A DNA stretch of 46,355 nt, taken from a bacterium. Lineage in GTDB: Bacteria; Desulfobacterota; Binatia; HRBIN30; CADEER01. The stretch lies in NCBI GenBank assembly GCA_039934135.1, contig JBDTMT010000001.1, forward strand, positions 1 to 46,355. The letters run 5' to 3'. Below are positions 1 to 9,329 of the stretch, in pieces. The notes under the pieces were generated by a model that saw only the letters and a program-made list of their open reading frames with translations, searched no databases and was not told where the DNA came from. How positions within the stretch are numbered: the stretch's first letter is position 1; each line of letters starts with the position of its first letter. Made by a program: the position numbers and the translations under genes.

Positions 1-3
1 ATC

Positions 4-1188
4 TCAGAAGAACACATGCAGCTCGGCGCTCCACAGATCCTGGTTGTGACTCGGGATGGTCTCGACGCCGTTGCCGACGGTGTAGAAAGCGCGCACTTGC
101 ACGAAGCGGGCGAGGAACGGTTCGACGCCGACGGCGAAGTAGTTCTCGGCGTCGTGCGCCTGGCGCGGCAGCTGGCCGTCGTAGTCGGCGTAGTTGAACG
201 CCACCTTGGTGTTCAGCCAATCGAAGAACAGGTAGTTCGCCTCGGTGTAGAGGATGAATGAGCCGGTGCTGACGTTCTGGCCGCTGGTAGTGCTGGGAAA
301 CGAGTAGTGGCCGAAGTCGGCTTCGGCGAGATAGGTCAGCCGGCCGAGGTTGGAGCCGCCGAACACGCCGACAAAGCTGGTCTCGTTGTCCGAGGAGTTG
401 GCCACAGAGCCCGACAGACCGATCTGGACGTTGCGCACCACCGGCAGCTCGTCGAACAGCGCCGAGACCGTACCGCTGAACTGCACGTCGGTGTCCGCGG
501 AGACGCCCTGCGACACCGCCATGGCCGCCGCCACCGGCCCCGGCTCCCAGCCGAGCTCGAAGGCCGGTTGGCTGACGTTGAAGCTGTAGCCGGTGGTGGC
601 CGAGCCGTTGCGGCCGCCGCGCGTGAAGGCGCTGTCGTTCTGGATCTGCAGACCGTAGGGCAGGAACATCTTGCCGCCCTTCAGGTAGAGGTCCCACGGC
701 AGCAGGAACATCGCCCACACCTCGCGCGTGTCGAGACTCGGGGCGAAGCGCTGATCGAGGTAGAAATTCAGCAGGTCGGGGATCAGGTTCACGTTCAGGT
801 AGCCGACCGCTTCGTTGACGTTGACGTCGAACTGCTCGAGTCGACCGCGGAAGACCTGGTTGTTCGACACCGTGCCGTTGGCGCTCGGCTTGTCCTGCAT
901 GATCGCGGTCATGTCGACGCGCAGATCGGCGCCGATGCCGACGTACTGATTCAGATCGCCGGTGAACTTGTCCGTCGGCTTGGTCAGCGCCGCGAACCAA
1001 TCCGGGTAGTGCAGGATCTCCTTGGCGTGCGCCGCGACGAACGACGTGCGCATGCCGCCGCCGGTCATGTTGACGTGGCACGCACTGCACTTCTGCCCCT
1101 CGCGCACGGCGAGATACGGCTCCGCCGCCGCCGCGCCGGCCCACGCCACCACGATCAGCCCCAGCAGCCATCCTGCGCGCATTCGCAT
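4..1188 (-). CDS. Secreted outer-membrane beta-barrel (porin-like) protein with a single N-terminal CxxCH motif
   Basis: ORF 4..1293. The most plausible start is the internal MRMRAGW (1188), which gives a signal peptide LLGLIVVAWAGAAAA/EP. A CSACH motif lies shortly after the predicted cleavage site. Long alternating-hydrophobic strand pattern and aromatic C-terminus ...AELHVFF. Family not identified. Confidence 0.6.
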   Translation of the reverse strand: MRMRAGWLLGLIVVAWAGAAAAEPYLAVREGQKCSACHVNMTGGGMRTSFVAAHAKEILHYPDWFAALTKPTDKFTGDLNQYVGIGADLRVDMTAIMQDKPSANGTVSNNQVFRGRLEQFDVNVNEAVGYLNVNLIPDLLNFYLDQRFAPSLDTREVWAMFLLPWDLYLKGGKMFLPYGLQIQNDSAFTRGGRNGSATTGYSFNVSQPAFELGWEPGPVAAAMAVSQGVSADTDVQFSGTVSALFDELPVVRNVQIGLSGSVANSSDNETSFVGVFGGSNLGRLTYLAEADFGHYSFPSTTSGQNVSTGSFILYTEANYLFFDWLNTKVAFNYADYDGQLPRQAHDAENYFAVGVEPFLARFVQVRAFYTVGNGVETIPSHNQDLWSAELHVFF

Positions 1189-1511
1189 GTGCCTCTCCCC
1201 CAAGCTCGACAGCCGCCATCTGGCGACCGGCGTCTTCATCGACGCTGACGCGCGCAGAATCAAGCGCCGCGAGGTAAAGGGCCGGATCGCCACAGTGAAG
1301 AGCCGCGCCGCGGCGTGCTGGCCGCGTCAGGACCAGGTGTCGGCGCTCGGAGCGGGGCGGCGCAGCGTCACCCCGAGGCGTACGACGTGCGGAGCGCCAC
1401 TTTCGCGCCAGCGGATCGCCGCGCCGCGCGCCGCTGCAACGCGGCGGAGCCGCGCGTCGCGCCTGGTACGATCCGTGCGAATCTTCGCGGTCGAAGGGCG
1501 GATCGGCTGGT

Positions 1512-3692
1512 ATGCGGGACCCCACGCGGGACGGAAGCTTAAAGGAAGTACTGCGTGCGGAATTGCGTCCACTGCTCCTGCAACGCATGCGCGGCGGGCT
1601 GTGGATTCTCCTCGTCGCCCTGCTGCTGTTCTTCGCCCAATCGCTGTCCTCGTATCCGGATCGCCTCGGACCGCTGTACGCGATCAAAGCGATCCAGCTC
1701 GCGACCATTCTCTGGGCTTTCTGGATGCTGGGTCCGGCAGCGAGTTGGCGGCGGGCCGTGGCGGTGGCGCTGGTGGTGCTGGCCGAAGTCTGCGCCACGA
1801 CCGTCGCGTCCGACGTCATCACTGTCGACGTCACCTCGGCGATGCTGCTGTTCAGCATCCTCGCCATGGGCACCGCCATGCTGTTGCCCTGGGGCGTCGG
1901 ACCGCAGGCGCTGGTCGTTGCCGGTGCGGCGGTCAGCATCGCGGTCAACGTCTGGTTGTTGCCGGGAACCCTGGGGGCGAACCTGCCGCCGGCGGTTGCG
2001 GCGGTGCTGGCCTTCGTCACCTCGCTGTATGCAGCGGCCGTGCTCGAGCGTTTCCGGCTCGCCGAGCACGCCGCCGGCGAGGCGCTGCGCGCCAGCGAGT
2101 CGCGCAAGAGTGCCATCGTGGCGGGCTCGCTCGACTGCATCATCACCATGGATGGCGAGGGCCGCATCGTTGAGTTCAATCCGGCGGCGGAACGCGTCTT
2201 CGGCTATTCCGCCGCCGCCGTGCTCGGCCGCTCGCTGAGCGACACCATCATCCCGCCGCAGCTGCGCGAGGCGCATCTGCGCGGCCTGGTGCGCCACCTG
2301 GCGACCGGCGAGGCGGCGGTGCTCGGGCGGCGGCTCGAGCTGCCCGCCATGCGCGCCGACGGCAGCGAATTTCCTGTCGAGCTGACCGTGACGCGCAACG
2401 ATCGCGGCGGTCCGTCGCTGTTCACCGGCTTTCTGCGCGATCTCACCGAGCGCAATCTCGCCCGCGAAGCCGAGGTGTCGGCGGCGCTGGTGCGCGCCAG
2501 CCGCGAGATGATCGGCCTGCTCGACACCGACATCATCCTCGAGCGCCTGCGCGCGTTGACGATGGAGTTTCTGCACTGCGAAGGCAGCTACACGTTGATC
2601 TGGCAGCCGCAGGAGGATGCGTTCGTGGTCCGCGCGGCGCCGCTCGAGAGCCCGTTGCACGGCGAGCCGCTGCGGGCTCGCACGCTGCCGCGGGAAGCGG
2701 CCGCAACGCTGATCGCCCGCGTGCGGCGCGAGGAGCTGCTGCGCATCGCCGACGGCGCGGCGGATGCCATCGGCGCCGCGCTGCCGCACCAGCGCGGCGC
2801 CGGTTCGACGCTGCTGCTGGCGCTCGGGCATGGCGAGGCGATGGTCGGCATGCACGTTGCGACGCGGCAGGCGGCCGGCGCCGGCTTCACGGCGCAGGAG
2901 CAGACCATCGGCCGCGGGTTGGCACAGATCGCCACCATGGCGCTGACCAACGCGCGTCTGGTCGAGGAGCTGGAGCGCGCCGACCGCGTCAAGTCGGAGT
3001 TTCTGTCCACGATGTCGCACGAGCTGCGCACGCCGCTGAACGTCGTGCTCGGCTATGCCGAGATGTTGGTCGATCCCGAGGTCCCGGCTGACCAGCGCGC
3101 CGCATTCGGCGTGCGCATCCAGGGCGCCGGACGCACGCTGCTGGAACTGGTCGAAATGACCCTGGACCTCGGCCGCGCCGAAGCCGGACACGACGAGGTG
3201 CGGCTGACCCCGTTACGCCTGCCGGGGTTCTGGCGCGGCCTTGGCGAGGATTGCGCGCGCCTGCCGCGCCCGCCGAGCGTCAGCATCGAGTGGGACGGCT
3301 GTCCGCCCGAGGTGACGCTGCTCACCGATGCGCGCAAGTTCGCCATCATCATCCGCAACCTGATGGGCAACGCCCTGAAGTTCACCGAGACCGGCTGCGT
3401 CCGCGCCGAAGCGTACTGCCACGACGGCGCCCTGGCGGTACGCATCAGCGACACCGGCATCGGCATCGATCCCGCGCATCAGCAACTGGTCTTCGAACTG
3501 TTTCGCCAGGTCGACGGATCCGACTCGCGCCGCTACGGCGGCGCCGGCCTCGGCCTGTACATCGTGCGCCGCTACGTCGAACAACTCGGCGGCCGCATCG
3601 ATCTCGCCAGCCTGCCGGCGCACGGCTCGCACTTCACGGTCTCGCTGCCGATGCAGGCCGCCCCGATGGTCGGGCTACGGCGCGTCAGCTGA
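1512..3692 (+). CDS. Membrane-bound PAS/GAF sensor histidine kinase
   Basis: 726-aa ORF. N-terminal block of hydrophobic helices. PAS-like segment (SAIVAGSLDCIITMDGEGRIVEFNPAAERVFGY). H-box MSHELRTPLN (nt 3011-3040). ATPase boxes NLMGNALKFT, DTGIGI, GGAGLGLYIV. Confidence 0.85.
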   Translation: MRDPTRDGSLKEVLRAELRPLLLQRMRGGLWILLVALLLFFAQSLSSYPDRLGPLYAIKAIQLATILWAFWMLGPAASWRRAVAVALVVLAEVCATTVASDVITVDVTSAMLLFSILAMGTAMLLPWGVGPQALVVAGAAVSIAVNVWLLPGTLGANLPPAVAAVLAFVTSLYAAAVLERFRLAEHAAGEALRASESRKSAIVAGSLDCIITMDGEGRIVEFNPAAERVFGYSAAAVLGRSLSDTIIPPQLREAHLRGLVRHLATGEAAVLGRRLELPAMRADGSEFPVELTVTRNDRGGPSLFTGFLRDLTERNLAREAEVSAALVRASREMIGLLDTDIILERLRALTMEFLHCEGSYTLIWQPQEDAFVVRAAPLESPLHGEPLRARTLPREAAATLIARVRREELLRIADGAADAIGAALPHQRGAGSTLLLALGHGEAMVGMHVATRQAAGAGFTAQEQTIGRGLAQIATMALTNARLVEELERADRVKSEFLSTMSHELRTPLNVVLGYAEMLVDPEVPADQRAAFGVRIQGAGRTLLELVEMTLDLGRAEAGHDEVRLTPLRLPGFWRGLGEDCARLPRPPSVSIEWDGCPPEVTLLTDARKFAIIIRNLMGNALKFTETGCVRAEAYCHDGALAVRISDTGIGIDPAHQQLVFELFRQVDGSDSRRYGGAGLGLYIVRRYVEQLGGRIDLASLPAHGSHFTVSLPMQAAPMVGLRRVS

Positions 3693-3711
3693 CCGGGAAG
3701 AGCAGAAATTC

Positions 3712-3732
3712 GGGCACGGGCAGGGGCACGGG
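3712..3732 (+). other. G-quadruplex-type motif GGGCACGGGCAGGGGCACGGG
   Basis: Four G3-4 runs with 2-3 nt loops, in the convergent intergenic gap between the kinase and the lipoprotein gene. Confidence 0.4.
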
Positions 3733-3751
3733 TCGAATCGGATCAATTCCT

Positions 3752-3776
3752 CCCCAACCCCCAACCCCGAACCCCC
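3752..3776 (-). other. G-quadruplex-type motif on the minus strand (plus strand reads CCCCAACCCCCAACCCCGAACCCCC)
   Basis: Four C4-5 runs (3752-55, 3758-62, 3765-68, 3772-76) separated by 2-3 nt, immediately after the stop of the minus-strand lipoprotein gene. Confidence 0.4.
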
Positions 3777-3785
3777 TGCAGATCT

Positions 3786-5780
3786 TCACTCCGACGCGCA
3801 GCTCGGATCCGCGCTATCCCACGTGCAGCTCGCGTCGACTGTGCAGGCGGGCTGCGCCAGGATGTCGCCGCAAGTGTTGGGCAGGGTGCCGTCGCGGCGC
3901 ACGCAGCAGGGGCGATGCGAGAAGATGAAGGAGGAGTTGTTCGCCGCGTACATGCCGTGGCAGCCCATGCAGTCGGCGGTGTTGTACTGAATCGGCGAGT
4001 CCTCGCCGCCCGGGCAGGGGACCGCCGCCTCGGCGGCAGTGGCGACGCAGTCGCCGTTGCAGCCGCGGCAGAAGCCCACATCGTTGTTGTTGCTGCAGCC
4101 GGTCAGGCTCGGCGCCGTCGCCGCGACGGCAAACGTCTCCAGCGTCGAGTCGCGCATGGTGCATGGGAAGTTGGCCTCGAACCCCGGCTCGTAGAACGGG
4201 AAGTTGGTCGACGCGCCGCGCAGCGGCCACTGCGTGCTGACCAGGAAGTAGTTCCTGAAAACGTTGTCGGCGCCGAAGAAAATCCCGATGGCGCTGAGGT
4301 AGTGCGTCGTGCACTGCGTCGGCAGGATCGTCGAGACCGTCGGGTTTGTCGGCCGCGTCACCTGATTCGGCACCAGGTCGGTCGACGCCGGACTGACCTC
4401 GCCCGGGTAGAGCTCGAGATTCGGACAACAGCGGAACTGCGCCGGCGAGTCCTTGGTCGCATCGTACGCCGCACATTCGGCCGGCGTGCGCATCGGCGTG
4501 CAGTTCGCATCGTAGAACGAGAACTGCGGCGCGCCGTCGTTGATGCCGGCGGTCGGCACGTTGAGCCGATGCTCGAACGTCGCCCACACCCACTCCGGAT
4601 TCCCGAACAGCGCCGGCATGTAGATGATGTGCAGGCCGACCAGACCCATGCGGTGCAGCGTGCAGCGCTGCCCCGCCGGCGCGTCCGCGTCGAAGATGTT
4701 GAACTCACGCGTGTAGTAGGTTCCCGCCGCCGATTCCTGCGCCGTCAGCTGCCGCCACGCCGACTTGATCTCGGTCGCGCCGACATCGCCGGGCGTCGGG
4801 CCGTCCGCGACCAGCGCGGCCGGGAAGCCGCCCGGCGTTCGGCCGGGAGGGTCGCTGTAGTTGCGCACCAGGTTGGGCACGATGCCGGCGAGGCTGGCGC
4901 CGGTCATCCAGTAGTCGTTCTGGTTGACGATGAACTCCCACTCGGTGCGGTTGACGCGGATATCGTAGAAAACCGCATTGCCGTTCTGATCGACCAGCGT
5001 GCCGCCGCCCGCTTCGACGCTGTCGCCCAGCCCGCCGGTGGAGCCGAGTTCGTGCGGCTTGCTGCGATAGTTGGCGGAGACCTTGCTCGACATGGTCAAC
5101 GTCGGCCCTTCGCAAGGTGACGGCACGCCGAACAGATCGGCGAGGGTCGGATAGTCGAGCCAGACCGTTTCGGCGTGCGCGGTACCGGCGGCATCCTTGG
5201 CGCCGAGTTGCTTTGCCGTATCCGGATAGCCGGGCTGGGCGGCATCGGCCGGCCAGTTCAAGGCGATGAACAACTGCCAGGCGAGGTTGTCGGCACTCGC
5301 CTGTCCCGGCGCCCAGGCGGGGTTCTGCATGCGCGGATTGCAGACGTCGGCCGGAACGCAATAGCTCGGTGCCACCGCTTCGATGGCGTCGGTGCACGAG
5401 TCGAGCCCGCCGGTCATCGCGGTGCTGGCCATGGTCGGGTTGGTCATGTCGTTGTCGGGCGTCTGCGCATTGATGAAATCGCAGGTGTAGAAGGTCAGGC
5501 GCTCCTGGCAGGTCGGGTCCTGCTGGTAGAGCGTCGTGCCGAGGTGCTTGCCGTCGAGGTACTCGGAGTATCGCGGGTAGCCCCAATCGAACGTCGGCTT
5601 CTGCGGTGCAGCGGTCGGCGTCGGCAGCGCCGTGGCGGTGGTGCTCGGCGCGACGGTCGGGGTGGGCGACGCGGTTGCTGAGTTGTGGTCGCTGCCGCCG
5701 CAGCCGACGAAGCCGAGCGCCAGCACGGCGCAGGCGACGTACGCCAGGCCAGAAGTAGTCATTGCCGCCCTCGCATGCAT
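3786..5780 (-). CDS. Cys-rich secreted lipoprotein of unknown function with a C-terminal CxxCH motif
   Basis: 664-aa ORF. Lipobox ALGFVGC after a hydrophobic h-region (alternative start MTTSGLAY at 5762). Pro/Thr linker. Many conserved-looking Cys. CMGCH motif near the C-terminus. Confidence 0.6.
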   Translation of the reverse strand: MHARAAMTTSGLAYVACAVLALGFVGCGGSDHNSATASPTPTVAPSTTATALPTPTAAPQKPTFDWGYPRYSEYLDGKHLGTTLYQQDPTCQERLTFYTCDFINAQTPDNDMTNPTMASTAMTGGLDSCTDAIEAVAPSYCVPADVCNPRMQNPAWAPGQASADNLAWQLFIALNWPADAAQPGYPDTAKQLGAKDAAGTAHAETVWLDYPTLADLFGVPSPCEGPTLTMSSKVSANYRSKPHELGSTGGLGDSVEAGGGTLVDQNGNAVFYDIRVNRTEWEFIVNQNDYWMTGASLAGIVPNLVRNYSDPPGRTPGGFPAALVADGPTPGDVGATEIKSAWRQLTAQESAAGTYYTREFNIFDADAPAGQRCTLHRMGLVGLHIIYMPALFGNPEWVWATFEHRLNVPTAGINDGAPQFSFYDANCTPMRTPAECAAYDATKDSPAQFRCCPNLELYPGEVSPASTDLVPNQVTRPTNPTVSTILPTQCTTHYLSAIGIFFGADNVFRNYFLVSTQWPLRGASTNFPFYEPGFEANFPCTMRDSTLETFAVAATAPSLTGCSNNNDVGFCRGCNGDCVATAAEAAVPCPGGEDSPIQYNTADCMGCHGMYAANNSSFIFSHRPCCVRRDGTLPNTCGDILAQPACTVDASCTWDSADPSCASE

Positions 5781-6015
5781 CTCCGCTCCTCCTCCGAGCG
5801 CCGGGTTCGCACTCCGACTGCGGTGGACTATGCCTCAGCGCGGACAGTGCCGGAAGACGGCATCGGCGGCGGCGTCGGGCGCGCGTCGCTGATTCGGAAC
5901 GAGCCGCTCGTCGCACCTGACTCCATCACGCGGGCTCACCCAGGGTTTCGGAGATGGTACGATGATGGAACATGCGTAGAGCGGACTGGCGGGCGCGGAT
6001 CGGGATGAAACGTAA

Positions 6016-6856
6016 TTGCGCGCGGCGTGCGCAGCGCCTGTGGTCGGCGTGCGCCCGGGCCGCGACGCGGCGGCGCGACGCGCTGCGGGCGCCCTGCGGT
6101 CCGCGGTGCGCGGTGGGATCGCGGTGACCAAGACCGTCGCGAGCGCCGCTGCCGCGGCGCCGCCTCCTGCCGCGTCGTGGCAGCCGACGGCGGGCGTGCG
6201 CCGGCACCTGCGCCGCTTCACGCCGCTGCTGGTGATGGCGCTGCTGGCCGCCGCGGCACTGTTGCTGCACCACGAATTGCGCAATTACCACTACGCCGAA
6301 GTGCGCCGCGCCCTGCTCGCCATCTCGTGGCGCACTCGACTGACGGCGCTGGGGCTGACGGCGCTCAGCTACGCCATGCTGACCGGCTACGACGCCCTGG
6401 CGCTGCGCTATCTGCAGCGCCCACTGCCCTACCGGCGCACGGCGCTGGCGTCGTTTCTCGGCTACGTCTTCGCGCACAACATCGGCCTCTCGGTGTTCGG
6501 CGGGGCGGCACCGCGCTACCGGCTGTACTCCGCCTGGGGATTGGCGCCGGGCGAGATCGCGCTGCTGATCGGCTTCACCGGCGTGACCTTCTGGCTCGGT
6601 ATCTGCACCGTGGTCGGCATGGCGCTGGTGCTCGACGCGCACGCCCTCGCACCGGTGGTGCACGTCAGTCCGGATGTCGCCCACGCCCTGGGCGGCGGCT
6701 TGCTGGCGCTGGCGGCCGCCTACGTGTTGCTCACCGTCTGGCGACGGCAACCGCTGCAGGTGCGCGAGTGGACCATTCCGTTGCCGCGGCCGCCGATCGC
6801 CCTGGCGCAACTAGTGGTCAGCGCCGCCGACTGGGTGGTGGCCGCGGCGGTGTTGT
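6016..6856 (+). pseudogene. mprF: MprF-like (lysyl-phosphatidylglycerol flippase/synthase, TM region) 3'-truncated fragment
   Basis: Polytopic membrane ORF (HHELRNYHYAEVRRALLAISWR..., YRRTALASFLGYVFAHNIGLSVFGG, QLVVSAADWVVAAAVL). It resembles the N-terminal flippase part of MprF-family proteins. Similarity stops at about 6856, where the frame runs into the antisense of the acvB fragment. The C-terminal synthase half is absent. Start codon uncertain. Confidence 0.5.
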
Positions 6857-6857
6857 C

Positions 6858-7205
6858 GTGCTGGAGGCGCTCGCTGAGATCCTCGATCTCCGAAAGGAGG
6901 TAGTGACAGCCGTCGTCGCTGGCGCTGAGGCCGCGTTGGTATTGGCGCAGATCGACGCCGATCGCGGCGACGCCGTCTGCCGCCAGGGCGCGCGCGACAC
7001 CGTCGAGGCCGTCGTTCCAGCCGTCGCGATCGGAGAACAGAAAGACCAGCCCGCGCGCCGCGCCGCTCGGGGCGTAGATGGATACGGTGCCGAAGCGGCC
7101 CTCCGGGCGCCGCACGACGCCGCTGCCGCGCGTGCAGCCGGCGAGCCCCAACAGCGTGGCGAGCAATGCGGCGCCAGCGCTGGCGCGACGCACGCATCCT
7201 GGCAT
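6858..7205 (-). pseudogene. acvB: AcvB/VirJ-like (lysyl-PG hydrolase family) lipoprotein, 3'-truncated fragment
   Basis: Start MPGCVRR (7205) with lipobox LLGLAGC. VirJ-like block GLVFLFSDRDGWNDGLDGVARALAADGVAAIGVDLRQY...DDGCHYLLSEIEDLSERLQH. After about 6858 the reading frame is merely the reverse complement of the mprF fragment. Confidence 0.5.
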
Positions 7206-7594
7206 GGTCTGGCGCGTAGCCGCCCTTTGCCGGCGGCGCAAGGATGTGTCGCCGGGATTGCTGATCGTCATGGACGCCATCACCCCCGTGCGTTCCGCTA
7301 TGCCAGCAGCAAGGCGCGCCCCAGCAAATCCGCGTCGTGCGCGCGCAAACTCTTCCACGCTCGATGCGTCGCGTCGGTAGATTCTGCCCGCCAGCTCGGC
7401 GCGCCAGAAAGAAGTCGCTCGGCGCGTCTCATCTTCCGTCAGACGTACGCCTTTTGCACAGCGCACCGCGTCGCATCGAGGACGGTCCGACACAGCCAAA
7501 CAGAGACTCCAACCCACCCAGGCCGCGCGCGGGAACAGGCGCCGACGCGCGCACGGCCATCACCGCGCGCGCCGTCACTCAGGGAGGGGATCCG

Positions 7595-8290
7595 ATGAAG
7601 CGAGCACTCCTGTTCGGCGCCATTGCCGTGTCGTTGATGAGCGTCAGTGCGGCTCAAGCGGGCAACGTGTGCGTGTATACGGCCAGTTATGCGCTCGGCG
7701 TCCGCTGCCCGGTACACATCGGTACACAGGTCTGCCTGACGCAGAACGCCGCCATCGGCAGCAACTGCGATTTGAAGCTGAGCTGTTTCGGCGGCCCCGG
7801 CTTCTTCTGCAGCGCCACCTTGGTCCCCAAGAGCAGCGGCCCGGTGCCGCAGTGTCCGGGCGGGAGTCTTCTGCAACCGCGCGGCTTGAAGTGCTTCGCG
7901 CCGAGCCTCAGCCTACCGCCGCGGGGCACGCCGACCGACACACCAGAGGTGCCCGCGACGGAAACCCCGACCGAGACGCCAATCGGCATCGACACCGAAA
8001 CGCCGACATCCACTCCCACGGTCACCGAGCTGCCCAGCTTCACGCCGACCGGCCTGCCGACCGGCACCGCGACGGCGACGGTGACCGCGACGCCGCAAGA
8101 GACCGCCGCCGAAACCGCGTCGCCGACCGCCACCGACACACCGACATTGGCGATCCCCGCGACGGCGACCGTCACCGGCACGCCGACCGGCACCGCCGCC
8201 GCCACCGTGACGGAGACGCCCACCGGTACGCCGACTGGCACCGCCGCCGCCTTCGCTTTCGTACGCGTCGCGAACTTCAAACGGCACTGA
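7595..8290 (+). CDS. Small secreted protein: Cys-rich N-domain plus Thr/Pro-rich repetitive tail
   Basis: ATG at 7595 preceded by AGGGAGGGGA. Signal peptide MKRALLFGAIAVSLMSVSAAQA. Ten Cys in the first ~100 aa of the mature protein, then TETPTxTPTGT-type low-complexity repeats. Confidence 0.6.
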   Translation: MKRALLFGAIAVSLMSVSAAQAGNVCVYTASYALGVRCPVHIGTQVCLTQNAAIGSNCDLKLSCFGGPGFFCSATLVPKSSGPVPQCPGGSLLQPRGLKCFAPSLSLPPRGTPTDTPEVPATETPTETPIGIDTETPTSTPTVTELPSFTPTGLPTGTATATVTATPQETAAETASPTATDTPTLAIPATATVTGTPTGTAAATVTETPTGTPTGTAAAFAFVRVANFKRH

Positions 8291-8443
8291 TTGCCTCGTG
8301 CGTGCGACCGGCGGTTCTCTCGCCGATCGCACGCGCGCTCATGGCATCCTCGGCCGAAACCGTCTCCATTCTTCCCGACCCTCTCACCCCCGCTCTGGAC
8401 ACCACTCTCCGCGGCTGCAAAGTTCGACGGCTGCGGCGCCGCC

Positions 8444-8529
8444 GGAGGGGTGGCCGAGTTGGTCTATGGCACCGGTCTTGAAAACCGGCAGCCCGCAAGG
8501 GCTCGGGGGTTCGAATCCCTCCCCCTCCG
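8444..8529 (+). tRNA. tRNA-Ser (anticodon UGA), type II with long variable arm
   Basis: Acceptor stem GGAGGGG/CCCCTCC. Anticodon stem CCGGT/ACCGG with loop CTTGAAA (anticodon TGA). Long variable arm CAGCCCGCAAGGGCTC. T-loop GGTTCGAATCC. Discriminator G. No encoded CCA. Confidence 0.9.
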
Positions 8530-8535
8530 TTTCTT
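8477..8535. repeat. att-like direct repeat, copy 1 (inside tRNA-Ser 3' half)
   Basis: CTTGAAAACCGGCAGCCCGCAAGGGCTCGGGGGTTCGAATCCCTCCCCCTCCGTTTCTT, identical to 9330-9388. Confidence 0.9.
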
Positions 8536-8567
8536 CACGTCGATCGGTGGAGCCGTGATCTGTCCGG

Positions 8568-8831
8568 TCAGGCTGAAGCCTTCAGCAGGACCTCGTTGAT
8601 GATCGTCTGGTATCCTCGCCGTCGCTTCTTGGCTTCGCGCTTGGCCCAGACGATCACGCGCGGATCGAGTCGGATCGACACCGGCGTGTACTTCGCCGCG
8701 CCCTTCGGCGGTCGCCCGCGCCGCGGCCGGACGGATGCCAGCTTCGCCTCGATCGCCTTGCGCGCCGCCTCGACCTCGCGGGCGCTGCGCCGACGTGCCT
8801 TCTCAAAGGGGAACTCCTCGAGCTTCTTCAT
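8568..8831 (-). CDS. brnA: BrnA-like antitoxin (ribbon-helix-helix type)
   Basis: Start MKKLEEFPFEKARR (8831). Motif YTPVSIRLDPRVIVWAKREAKKRRRGYQTIINEVL is typical of BrnA-family antitoxins. Overlaps the brnT 3' end by 29 nt. Confidence 0.7.
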   Translation of the reverse strand: MKKLEEFPFEKARRRSAREVEAARKAIEAKLASVRPRRGRPPKGAAKYTPVSIRLDPRVIVWAKREAKKRRRGYQTIINEVLLKASA

Positions 8832-9105
8832 ATCGCATGCGCTCCCGCCGGCTGGCACGCCGCGCACTGATGATGCGCAGCGCCTCGCCGGCCTCGCGGA
8901 TCGTGTACACGACGACCAGTACAGCCGCGTCCGCGGCACCGATCAGCCACGTGCGCTGCTCACTCGCCGTCGAGTGACGCGGATCCGGTGCAACCAAGGC
9001 GAACGGATCATCGAATGCGGTGATAGCCTCCTCGAATGTGACGCCGTGCTTCGCTCGGTTCGTTCGAGCCTTTCTATCGTCCCAGTCGAACCGCACTTTC
9101 AGCAT
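8803..9105 (-). CDS. brnT: BrnT-like toxin (DUF497 family)
   Basis: Start MLKVRFDWDDRKARTNRAKHGVTFEEAITAFDDPF (9105), a characteristic BrnT N-terminus. A TATTAT hexamer lies 7 nt upstream of the ATG, so the mRNA may be leaderless. Confidence 0.75.
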   Translation of the reverse strand: MLKVRFDWDDRKARTNRAKHGVTFEEAITAFDDPFALVAPDPRHSTASEQRTWLIGAADAAVLVVVYTIREAGEALRIISARRASRRERMRYEEARGVPL

Positions 9106-9192
9106 GTACCGATAATACGCCGGCCTGTCCAATCTCACCCCCGATGACGATCTAGGGGTCCTGCCTGACGGCCGGAAGTTGGCCCGACGATT

Positions 9193-9215
9193 CTGCCAAT
9201 ATTCTGCAAATCAAC
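9193..9215. repeat. 23-bp repeat CTGCCAATATTCTGCAAATCAAC, copy 1
   Basis: Matches 10194-10216 at 22/23 positions. A degenerate third copy CCAATATTCCTGC lies at 10418-10430. Confidence 0.7.
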
Positions 9216-9329
9216 CTGGAGTGACGCCGCGGTCCAGCGAGGGACAGCAGGGTACGATGATCGCCCAAACGCCTTCTCGTGCAGACACAGAGGCAGCCAG
9301 AGTCACGTGGCAACACCCACCCCGGCGCA

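Noticed and set aside
1539-3191. 550-aa ORF antisense to the histidine kinase. Similar long antisense ORFs occur at 19659-21293, 30231-31841, 37858-39012, 38976-40331 and 42186-43949.
   Set aside because: They are Arg/Ala/Gly/Pro-rich with no motifs, and each lies entirely inside a well-supported gene on the other strand. These are classic stop-codon-poor shadow frames of high-GC DNA.
7206-7517. N-terminal extension of the acvB ORF (MGWSLCLAV...RQT), possibly a remnant of the mprF C-terminus.
   Set aside because: I could see no resemblance to the MprF synthase domain. The lipoprotein signal at MPGCVRR gives a natural start at 7205. The region is treated as non-coding or unknown.
7920-8260. 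Repetitive ACC/CCG/ACG-rich DNA that superficially resembles a short-period repeat array.
   Set aside because: It is in-frame Thr/Pro low-complexity coding sequence of the secreted protein (TETPTGTPTGT...). It has no repeat-spacer structure, so it is not CRISPR.
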